Source: Patescibacteria group bacterium (GTDB lineage Bacteria; Patescibacteriota; Minisyncoccia; Phycocordibacterales; JBBTRF01). Taken from it: DNA of 64,000 bases. How positions within the stretch are numbered: position 1 is the first letter of the stretch; every line of letters starts with the position of its first letter. The stretch spans positions 392,425-456,424 of the forward strand of contig JBBTRF010000001.1 in assembly GCA_038065315.1 (NCBI GenBank), given 5' to 3'. The notes beneath the pieces were generated by a model, which was not told where the DNA came from, made no database searches, and worked only from the letters and a program-made list of their open reading frames with translations. Below, one piece after another: positions 56,588 through 64,000 of this stretch. The translations under genes were made by a program, and so were the position numbers.

Positions 56588-56653
56588 CGAGCAAAGCGAG
56601 ATAAAGAAACGATCAACTTTTATTAAAATCCCCACAAGCATAACAACACCCCA

Positions 56654-56998
56654 ATGGTACGCGTAAAGAAAGCAACAAATGCCCTCAAGACCCGCAAAAA
56701 TGTCCTCAAGCAGGTCAAGGGTTATCGATTTGGCCGAAGCACCAAGGAGCGCATGGCATACGAGGCCATCTCTCACGCTGGTGCCTACGCCTTCGCTCAC
56801 CGACGCGACAAAAAGGGTGTAATGCGACGCTTGTGGATCGTGAAGATGAACGCCGCACTCGACCCTATGGGCCTTTCATACAGCAAGTTCATCGGCGCAA
56901 TGAAGAAGCAGAACATCGAAGTCGACCGAAAGATCATGGCGCACCTCGCGGAGTTCCATCCGGAGACTTTCAAGCGAGTAGTGGCGCAGGTTAAATAA
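56654..56998 (+). CDS. rplT: 50S ribosomal protein L20
   Basis: MVRVKKATNALKTRKNVLKQVKGYRFGRS...AYAFAHRRDKK...RRLWIVKMNAA - canonical L20. Confidence 0.9.
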   Translation: MVRVKKATNALKTRKNVLKQVKGYRFGRSTKERMAYEAISHAGAYAFAHRRDKKGVMRRLWIVKMNAALDPMGLSYSKFIGAMKKQNIEVDRKIMAHLAEFHPETFKRVVAQVK

Positions 56999-57011
56999 GG
57001 AAGACGAAAGA

Positions 57012-57046
57012 AACAAAAAAACCGCCTGATGGCGGTTTTTTTGTTT
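57012..57046 (+). terminator. Rho-independent terminator after rplT (bidirectional)
   Basis: aaaaaaa-ccgcc-tgat-ggcgg-tttttttgttt. Confidence 0.6.
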
Positions 57047-57048
57047 AC

Positions 57049-58467
57049 CTATTTAATCTCGTACGCCACCGCCCTCTCCGGCATCTCCGCATCAACCCCC
57101 ACATTATCCCGCAACTTCTGCACCAAAAAGAGTGACGCCTTCGGCTCCCCCATTGCCACAAACACCTTCTTTAGCGACGGCGCAGCTTCACCGACAAATT
57201 CCACCAAATGATCCGAATCCTTGTGTGACGAATAGCCGTAGATGGTTTCGATGTGCGCCTTCACGCGAATATCGCGTTCGTTGATCCGCACCGTCTTATG
57301 ACCATCGAGGAGCTGACGTCCGAGCGTGCCGATACTCTGATATCCGACCAGCAAAATCGTGTTCTTCTCGTCCGGCAAATATTCCGCCTCATGATGGATC
57401 ACGCGCCCGCCAGCCGACATCCCTGAACCGGCAATGATGATCTTCGGACCCGGCATATTTTCGATGGCGCGTGACCCTTCATTGGTCGGCACATATTTGA
57501 GGCGCGGAAAATTGAAGAGCTGATGATCCCCCTCCCCCGCATCGGACTGTGCGGCTTGGTTGAAAAAGCGCGTCGACTTTTTGTAAATATCGGTGACTTT
57601 TATCGCAAGGGGCGAATCGACATACACTGGCACCTGCGGGATCTGCCCACAATCCACCATGTTGTTGAGCTCATACAAGATCACCTGCGTACGCTCCACA
57701 GAAAACGCCGGAATCACTACCACGCCGCGGCGTGCGACGGTTTCGTTGATCACACGCTTCAACTTCTCTTTTCGCTCGCTCGTCGGCTCGTGGTTGCGGT
57801 CGCCATACACGCTTTCCATCACCATGTAGTCGGCGTCAGAACCCGCGATCGATTCAGTATCCTTCAGCAACGGCGTCGGCGAATTGCCAAGGTCGCCGGT
57901 GAAGAGGATTTTTCGTGGCTCGCCCGCCACACCCTTTCCGGTGCTTGCACTTTTGATCGTAAACTCAATCATTGCCGACCCCAAAATATGCCCGGCATCG
58001 CGCAGGTACACGGACACACCCTCGCAGACTTGAAATTGTGTGTGGTATTCGACTGTCTTCCACAAGCCGATCGCAGCGCCGACATCTTTCGCTTCATACA
58101 GCGGCAACACGCCATCACGCTGCGCTTCTCGAGCGAGCAGTCCAACCGCGTCTTCCATGATCAATTCTGCCAGTGCCTTAGTCTCCGGCGTCGAATAAAT
58201 GACGCCCTGGAAACCGTCTTTCACCAACTTACCAATACGACCAACATGATCGAGATGTGCGTGCGTGATAAAGAGGTAGTCGATGCCAGCCGGGTCATAT
58301 TCAAAAGCCTTGCGATTGCGGCGCGACGACTCCGGCGAGCCCTGCTCGAGGCCGCAATCCACGAGAATGCGCTTACTTTCCAACGTTTCGAGCAAAAAAT
58401 TCGCACCCGTCACCACCCCCACCCCGCCGTAAAATGTGAGGCGCGGCTTGTTCGCTTGGTCGTTCAT
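57049..58467 (-). CDS. MBL-fold beta-CASP ribonuclease (CPSF/RNase J-like)
   Basis: 472 aa; HxHxDH (ITHAHLDHVG), beta-CASP motifs and C-terminal RMMBL-like region. Confidence 0.8.
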   Translation of the reverse strand: MNDQANKPRLTFYGGVGVVTGANFLLETLESKRILVDCGLEQGSPESSRRNRKAFEYDPAGIDYLFITHAHLDHVGRIGKLVKDGFQGVIYSTPETKALAELIMEDAVGLLAREAQRDGVLPLYEAKDVGAAIGLWKTVEYHTQFQVCEGVSVYLRDAGHILGSAMIEFTIKSASTGKGVAGEPRKILFTGDLGNSPTPLLKDTESIAGSDADYMVMESVYGDRNHEPTSERKEKLKRVINETVARRGVVVIPAFSVERTQVILYELNNMVDCGQIPQVPVYVDSPLAIKVTDIYKKSTRFFNQAAQSDAGEGDHQLFNFPRLKYVPTNEGSRAIENMPGPKIIIAGSGMSAGGRVIHHEAEYLPDEKNTILLVGYQSIGTLGRQLLDGHKTVRINERDIRVKAHIETIYGYSSHKDSDHLVEFVGEAAPSLKKVFVAMGEPKASLFLVQKLRDNVGVDAEMPERAVAYEIK

Positions 58468-58600
58468 GGAGATAAGTATAGCAAACTTTTACAGAGGACT
58501 GTGGTCAGTATTGACCTTTTTCCCAGCGCTGATATGATTGTAAATGTCAGAAACTAGGAAAAAGCCCTTCGTGAGTACTGCGTGTCCACGCGGTGCTTTT

Positions 58601-59101
58601 TCATTTACGGGGAACTTGCGATATTTGAGTCCTCGCACTAGAGAGGTCGGTAATGCGGCCGGGTACCGACCGTTTCAGCAAGCTCGAGCATATCTGCATA
58701 TTTGGACAAAGGACGACCTCCAACTTCTCTTCCTGCAATAAGTGTTCAACGAGTGAGTAGAAATCTCCATCACCAGTCACAATGACTGCTTTTGTATAAT
58801 TTCCCTTCTCTAGGACAGTCTTCAGGACTAGGTCAGCATCAATATTTGCTTTCGGTTTCCCAAATTCATCAATAACGACTGGTTTGAAGCAAACATCGTA
58901 GCCTATCTTCTCTAGGAATGCGTAAGAGTTTGAAAACTTTTCAACGTAGCCAATGAACAAAAATGCCTTCGTTACTCGATATTTATCGGCAAGGTAGCGG
59001 TGCAACTTTTCAAAATCCACTAGCCAGCCAAGCCTCTCTACGCCACAAATGAGGTTCTGGGTATCTATAAAAGCGTAGTTATTTTCTCTTTGTGGTGGCA
59101 C
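58601..59101 (-). CDS. NYN domain (LabA/PIN-like) protein
   Basis: NYAFIDTQNL ... AVIVTGDGDF acidic motifs characteristic of NYN/YacP-like nucleases. Confidence 0.6.
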   Translation of the reverse strand: MPPQRENNYAFIDTQNLICGVERLGWLVDFEKLHRYLADKYRVTKAFLFIGYVEKFSNSYAFLEKIGYDVCFKPVVIDEFGKPKANIDADLVLKTVLEKGNYTKAVIVTGDGDFYSLVEHLLQEEKLEVVLCPNMQICSSLLKRSVPGRITDLSSARTQISQVPRK

Positions 59102-59186
59102 CTAACCACTCTAGCAAACCACTGATAGAGAAACCGCAAAGAAACCCTAAAGAATTCGTGAAGAAACGATAAACTTACGATGAATT

Positions 59187-59807
59187 TTACACCCCCTCCG
59201 CAAACACCACGAGCCGCTTCGTGAATTGTCCAGCCGAACGATCCCACTCACCCTCGCAGGTGATGAGGTTGAGAAAGACGCCATTTTTTCGTGACACAGC
59301 ACCGCGTCCGAACACTTCTTCCGTATTGTCTGTTGGCCCAAACACCTTGCTGCCACGCACAATGAACGTGCGCCAAATATTGTCCGCATCGGCCACTAAA
59401 ATCGTGTCGCCAACGCGGAGCTCGCTCAACCGATCAAACACGGCCATGCCATTTTTCCACCCACGATGTCCCGCCACCACGGCACGCCCGCGCTCACCTG
59501 GCCGTGGACCAAAGGCATACCATCCCACTCGCTCGGCTTGTTTAGGCACACCCATGCTACCGTCGGCCAATACTCCTACTGGCTCAAAGGGCGCATCCAC
59601 CTCGATCCTCGGGATTCGGAGCTGTAAAGGCATCCCTGAGTAGTCTACAGGCAACGTACCGGGGTTTTGGGTAACTAGCGCTGAAACATCATCTGGGCTA
59701 TTTTGCGGGGCCTCTAGGGGCAAAAATGGGTTTACCACAAACAAACTGAGGCCAATCGCCAATGGAATCAGGACACACAATAGGCTGTTTTGGACCGGCG
59801 TTTTCAC
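59187..59807 (-). CDS. Sortase family transpeptidase
   Basis: N-terminal TM, catalytic His (VVAGHRGW) and TLxTC (LNLITCEGEW) motif with downstream Arg. Confidence 0.7.
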   Translation of the reverse strand: MKTPVQNSLLCVLIPLAIGLSLFVVNPFLPLEAPQNSPDDVSALVTQNPGTLPVDYSGMPLQLRIPRIEVDAPFEPVGVLADGSMGVPKQAERVGWYAFGPRPGERGRAVVAGHRGWKNGMAVFDRLSELRVGDTILVADADNIWRTFIVRGSKVFGPTDNTEEVFGRGAVSRKNGVFLNLITCEGEWDRSAGQFTKRLVVFAEGV

Positions 59808-60401
59808 CCCGCTATCCTATCCCAAATAGCCATCCGGCGCCATTCTGGACATGAAAAATCCGTCTCTCGGCATCGTGCCAAGGACGGGTCCTTCATAGGG
59901 TTATTAGTCAGTATTTACCCAGCCTAAGCCAGGTGGGTGATCGCAGATGGAGCGGTCAGAACGCCGAAGCGCTCATCGAGGTCCAACAATTAAATCTCCC
60001 TTAATATGTGTTATAGAGTTAATACTGGAAATAACCCTACTGTAATTATATGCTTCCTATTTTTGAGCGCAATTGTGGAAAAACATTACGACACAGTATG
60101 AAAATTTTCCGGAAGAAAACCCCACTCATAACAGGGTTCTCTTCTAGACGGAGGATTATGATCGCTCACGATTTGCAAAAATAATGATCGGTGCCCGAGG
60201 GAGAGACTCGTCGGAACGCGTGTGAACGCACTCAACCGGAGTCTTCGCACATCGAGCTCCTTGTTTTGATTAGCAATGCGAGCTATAAACACAATCCTAT
60301 CTACCATAGTAGACCTATACACAGAAGCGTCAACAACAAAAGTGCCTGAAACGGGTACAAGCTGTGCACAAGGTGTGTGCAACCTGTGCGTAAGCTGTGA
60401 A

Positions 60402-61025
60402 CTAGTCGAAGATGCCGTCCAGATCGACGTTGTAGAGGATTTTTTCTTGCACCGTGTTGTAGCGAATGATCTCTTCCGGAGAGAACCAATGAGCGATCTC
60501 GTCTTCCGCCTCTTTCACCGAGCCGGACGAATGGACGAGGTTGCGTACCGCACGCGTGTCGTCGTCGGAAATTTTATACGAATCGAGCACGAAGTCGCCG
60601 CGGATCGTACCGACATCCGACATGAGCGGCTCAGTGCTACCCGTGAGCTTGCGCACCACCTGCACGGCGTGCGCACCCTGCCACACCATTGCAATCACCG
60701 GCCCACTCGACAAGTACTTCTTGAGCTTCTGGAGAATAATTTCCGTCACTTTCAACGGATCATCCTTGTGCGGATGCACTAACCCTTTCGCCTCGTATCC
60801 TTTAATATTCTTCTCTCCTGTCACACGGCGCCACTCAGGGTCGAGGGTGTAATGTTTCTCGATAAAATCTGGCTTCGGCACGAGCATCTTGAGGCCGATC
60901 ATTTTCAAACCGGTGCGCTCGTAGCGCTGAATAATCTCACCAATGAGGGCACGCTGGATACCGTCTGGCTTGATGACCACGAGCGTGCGTTCGTATTTGT
61001 ATTTCTGAATGTTGGTGTGTGGCAT
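60402..61025 (-). CDS. ndk: Nucleoside diphosphate kinase (long form with insertion)
   Basis: ERTLVVIKPDG ... NLVHSSGSVKEAEDEIAHWF (NxxHGSDS-like active-site His region). Confidence 0.8.
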   Translation of the reverse strand: MPHTNIQKYKYERTLVVIKPDGIQRALIGEIIQRYERTGLKMIGLKMLVPKPDFIEKHYTLDPEWRRVTGEKNIKGYEAKGLVHPHKDDPLKVTEIILQKLKKYLSSGPVIAMVWQGAHAVQVVRKLTGSTEPLMSDVGTIRGDFVLDSYKISDDDTRAVRNLVHSSGSVKEAEDEIAHWFSPEEIIRYNTVQEKILYNVDLDGIFD

Positions 61026-61063
61026 AGGTTGAGACTTCTGATTATCTGGATAAATTTTGTGTA

Positions 61064-63823
61064 CTATGCGTTCTTTTTCTGATACTTGAGCAAAATCTCC
61101 GCCTCGACGTCGGCCTTGTTGCGGCCGAATTTCATGTATGAAAGCTGCTTGAGGTTTTCGATCTGGTCCGGCCGGCCGGGTTCCGGCGGAGTGAGGCGCA
61201 TGCTGAACGGCTTCACCGGCCGGCCGCCAGCCAACAACTTCACGTACGCGTTGTAGTTGTCGACATTCATACTATCTTTCGCAGTGAAGACCGGCGCAAA
61301 CTGCTTCTCCAAATACTCCGCATCCTCCGCGCCGACACGAAACGCCGCAATCGAACCGACGTTGCCAAACACGGAATTCTTGATCCCCTCCTGGAGCTGC
61401 GCGATAAATTGGTGCGCGATATTCAGGCTAAGCTTGTACTTTCGAGCCTCGGACAAAATCACTGAGATAGAGTCCGTGGTTACGTTCTGGAACTCGTCGA
61501 TATACAAATAAAAAGGTGGCATCTGCGGCGCTCCAACCTGACCATTCAGCGAATCGGCGCGTGACAAAGCAGCCATCAGGATCTTCCCCACCAAGATAAG
61601 ACCAATCAAATTGGCATTGATATCGCCGAGGCGACCTTTCGACAAATTGACCAGCAAAATCTTCTTCGTATCCATGATCTCACGGAAATTGAAGGTCGAC
61701 TTTTCCTGTGCGATCACCGGCCGCATGATGTCGTTACTTAGGAATGTATCGAACTTGCTCACCACGTACGGCACAATGTTTGCCAATGACGACTCCCCGC
61801 CCGCCTTCTCCGCCACTTCTCTCCAGAATTGGGTCACCACCGGATTGGTGCATTTCAGCAATTTCTGTTCGCGGAAAATCTTCGAAGACAGCACACGCGA
61901 TACGTCGAGCAAGGTGCCACCAGAAGATGGATCGTCGATGGTCAAAAGTACCGCATTGCGGAAATACTGCTCGAACATCGGACCACCTGCTGTTTTCATA
62001 TCGAAAAGCTTGTTGAAGATAGACAGCATTTCGTTCACCACGAAGGTCTTCTGTTCCGGAAAGCGTGGGTCGTATTGGAGCATGTTCAAGCCCATCGGCC
62101 GCTCGGTGTATGCTGGATCGAAATAAATAACATCTTCGTAGCGCTCCTTCGGAATCTTCGCAAGAATATCCTGGATATCGCTACCGTGCGGGTCGATAAA
62201 GCAGACACCGTCGCCATTTTTGATATCCTGCACGATCATATTCTTCAGCAGGCTGGTCTTTCCGGTACCGGTCTGGCCAATCACATAGAAGTGTCGAAGG
62301 CGATCTTCCGGTGTCATGTGAATCTCCGTCTTCATGTTGCGGAATTCATTCACGCCGAGCAAGATGCCGTTGTGCGGCAAATCGAGCGGTGCTGGCGCAG
62401 TACCTGCCTTGGAAATTTTGAGCTGCGGTGCCGACTTTAGGACCGTCGCTGGCAGATGCATCACGGTGGTGAGCTCGCGCAGACTCAAGGCCAATTTTGC
62501 GTCTTCATCGTACAAGCGATACGCAAACGCATCAACAAACTTCTGCAACGCACCCTTCTTCTGTCGATCAAACACGAAACGATTACCCTGCGTGTTCTGG
62601 AATTGGTTGAATGCCGACTCCATATCGCTCAAAATGCGCTCTGCGGCGGTGTCATCGTGTGCCGAGACCATGAGACGGATGTTGGTGTAAATGATTGGGC
62701 TCTCGATCTTGCGTTGGATCTGTTCGATGGCCGCTTCGTCAATATGTGGTATAGAACGATCCTCACCGTCTTTTGGTTTCTTTGGCGCCTTGGCGGTCTT
62801 GAATACATTCGTAAAATGCTCGTAGAAGGTGTCAGGAAAATCAATTGCTTCGCTAGTTTTGACCCCCTTTCGAATGCGCTCGATCGCCTTCTGGTATCGC
62901 TTCAACTGTAGGTCGCTCTTCGCCGGCTGGCAGACGATCTGCAGCGCCGCACCCTCGCCATCGCGCTGGATCTTTGAAAACGTATTCAGAATGACGTTCA
63001 GCGGATCGTGGTCGAATTCATCATACAGCTTGATCGGCAAGGCCGACTTCTTCATCAGGCCAATTGAAGTACCAGCCACCACACCTTTCTCAGAGAAAAT
63101 GTTGTAGTCGTCGTTCTTTTCGGTGATGCGTGCGTTGTGGAAAATACCCAAAATCTGCTTCTCAAAAAGGTCGCGCTTGGTGTCTGGCACCGCCATATAA
63201 AATACAAATTCGTTGCTGTGGTTCGACACCGCGAGCTCAATCGTGAAATAGTGCGCAGAGGTGTCGTCGTCATCAGACACCGAGGACATGCCGGAGTAAA
63301 ATTGCTCCATTGAGGATACCAAATCCTTGAGTGACTTCTCCGGCGCCTCGCCGTCCCTCTCTGGCAACGCGATCTCGTACAGTGTCATCTTCAGCGCCTT
63401 GGAAATGGCCTCTTTTGGATTCATTTGGTCGACGCGATGGCCGGCCTTGAGGTATTGGATGACAAAACGATGAAAATCGTCCTCAAGGTGCGGGTTTTTG
63501 AGCTTTTCAACAACATCGAGTGCATTTTTCAAACCGTGCTTTTGGAGCACCGCGAGGAGCTCTGCCATCTTTTCGTCGTGCGCTTCTGGGGCAATGTTCA
63601 AGACGATCGCTTCGGAAGCCTGTGGCGACAAGCGATGGTCCGACGCCAGCACTTTTTCTGTCGGAAGCCCCTGATATTCGACCAACTTCTCCTTCATCAC
63701 CCGCTCTTGCAGGGGCTGCGCCTCCCCGCGCTCGCGAAGCTCGCGCTCCTTCTGCGACACCTGCTCACGCAAGAAAGCGAGTTCCTGCTCTGGGGTGTGC
63801 AAGACTTCTGGACCAGGATTCAT
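61064..63823 (-). CDS. Large P-loop ATPase, TraD/TraG/VirD4 (type IV coupling protein)-like, HerA-FtsK superfamily
   Basis: 919 aa; Walker A GQTGTGKTS, Walker B FYLYIDEFQN, C-terminal all-alpha domain; N-terminal about 450 aa unassigned. Confidence 0.55.
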   Translation of the reverse strand: MNPGPEVLHTPEQELAFLREQVSQKERELRERGEAQPLQERVMKEKLVEYQGLPTEKVLASDHRLSPQASEAIVLNIAPEAHDEKMAELLAVLQKHGLKNALDVVEKLKNPHLEDDFHRFVIQYLKAGHRVDQMNPKEAISKALKMTLYEIALPERDGEAPEKSLKDLVSSMEQFYSGMSSVSDDDDTSAHYFTIELAVSNHSNEFVFYMAVPDTKRDLFEKQILGIFHNARITEKNDDYNIFSEKGVVAGTSIGLMKKSALPIKLYDEFDHDPLNVILNTFSKIQRDGEGAALQIVCQPAKSDLQLKRYQKAIERIRKGVKTSEAIDFPDTFYEHFTNVFKTAKAPKKPKDGEDRSIPHIDEAAIEQIQRKIESPIIYTNIRLMVSAHDDTAAERILSDMESAFNQFQNTQGNRFVFDRQKKGALQKFVDAFAYRLYDEDAKLALSLRELTTVMHLPATVLKSAPQLKISKAGTAPAPLDLPHNGILLGVNEFRNMKTEIHMTPEDRLRHFYVIGQTGTGKTSLLKNMIVQDIKNGDGVCFIDPHGSDIQDILAKIPKERYEDVIYFDPAYTERPMGLNMLQYDPRFPEQKTFVVNEMLSIFNKLFDMKTAGGPMFEQYFRNAVLLTIDDPSSGGTLLDVSRVLSSKIFREQKLLKCTNPVVTQFWREVAEKAGGESSLANIVPYVVSKFDTFLSNDIMRPVIAQEKSTFNFREIMDTKKILLVNLSKGRLGDINANLIGLILVGKILMAALSRADSLNGQVGAPQMPPFYLYIDEFQNVTTDSISVILSEARKYKLSLNIAHQFIAQLQEGIKNSVFGNVGSIAAFRVGAEDAEYLEKQFAPVFTAKDSMNVDNYNAYVKLLAGGRPVKPFSMRLTPPEPGRPDQIENLKQLSYMKFGRNKADVEAEILLKYQKKNA

Positions 63824-63830
63824 TGCTGTA

Positions 63831-64000
63831 TTATAGCAGTTTTGCGCGCACCTTTGCTAAGGAAAGCTCTTCCGAGATGACCCTTTCCTCCTTCTTCAAC
63901 GCTTTCATGAAAGCCACGACATCTTCTAGCTCGGCGAGATAATGCTTGTTGAGCTCATTGGACACTTCGAGATACGTCGAGAGCATATCCATGTGGATCC
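63831..64000 (-). CDS. C-terminal fragment of an unidentified CDS running off the window end
   Basis: Minus-strand frame ...MDMLSTYLEVSNELNKHYLAELEDVVAFMKALKKEERVISEELSLAKVRAKLL-stop (TAA at 63831-63833); partial, not in ORF track. Confidence 0.3.
   Translation of the reverse strand, partial: IHMDMLSTYLEVSNELNKHYLAELEDVVAFMKALKKEERVISEELSLAKVRAKLL

Overview
The window is about 64 kb of a GC-rich (about 55-60%) bacterial chromosome. Gene content and the lack of recoding are consistent with a small-genome lineage such as Patescibacteria/CPR. That placement is inference. Translation uses standard code 11: an intact RF2 (prfB) gene is present and TGA is used as a stop codon.

Host backbone:
- Partial ftsE, prfB, gatCA, ligA, recG, ung, ftsH, smpB plus tmRNA, infC-rpmI-rplT, ndk, a beta-CASP MBL ribonuclease, a sortase, a D-Ala-D-Ala carboxypeptidase, an M19 dipeptidase and comFC.
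- A roughly 14-kb type IV pilus locus (pilM, pilN, pilO, pilB, a receiver domain, pilT, pilC, a DUF4143 ATPase, four tandem major-pilin paralogs, pilD and four pseudopilins), all on the minus strand.
- Nine tRNA genes, all read directly from cloverleaf parsing.

Non-routine content:
- Two tRNA genes, initiator tRNA-fMet(CAU) and tRNA-Thr(GGU), appear to be interrupted in the anticodon loop by small Azoarcus-like group I introns of about 233 and 195 nt. An AT-rich free-standing HNH endonuclease gene lies next to the tRNA-fMet.
- A tRNA-Ile with a UAU anticodon, and a class II tRNA whose anticodon reads ACU.
- An AT-rich island of about 7.7 kb whose large serine recombinase gene overlaps the tmRNA 3' end. 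It carries a translationally coupled AAA-ATPase plus Toprim-like (OLD/PARIS/AbiL-like) gene pair, an HNH-like nuclease and several orphan ORFs.
- A four-gene minus-strand operon encoding a ThiS/MoaD-like beta-grasp protein, a minimal E1 (ThiF/MoeB), a JAB/MPN isopeptidase and a 496-aa protein with an E2-like LPN-x7-C core. All three junctions are ATGA start/stop overlaps. This is a compact ubiquitin-like conjugation cassette with the component set of the antiviral Bil systems but a different gene order and an unusual large E2-like partner. I consider it the most likely undescribed system in the window.
- A 58-bp perfect palindrome carrying two consensus DnaA boxes, a YefM/RelE toxin-antitoxin pair, and an AT-rich Bro-N remnant next to the tRNA pair.

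No rRNA and no CRISPR array were found.
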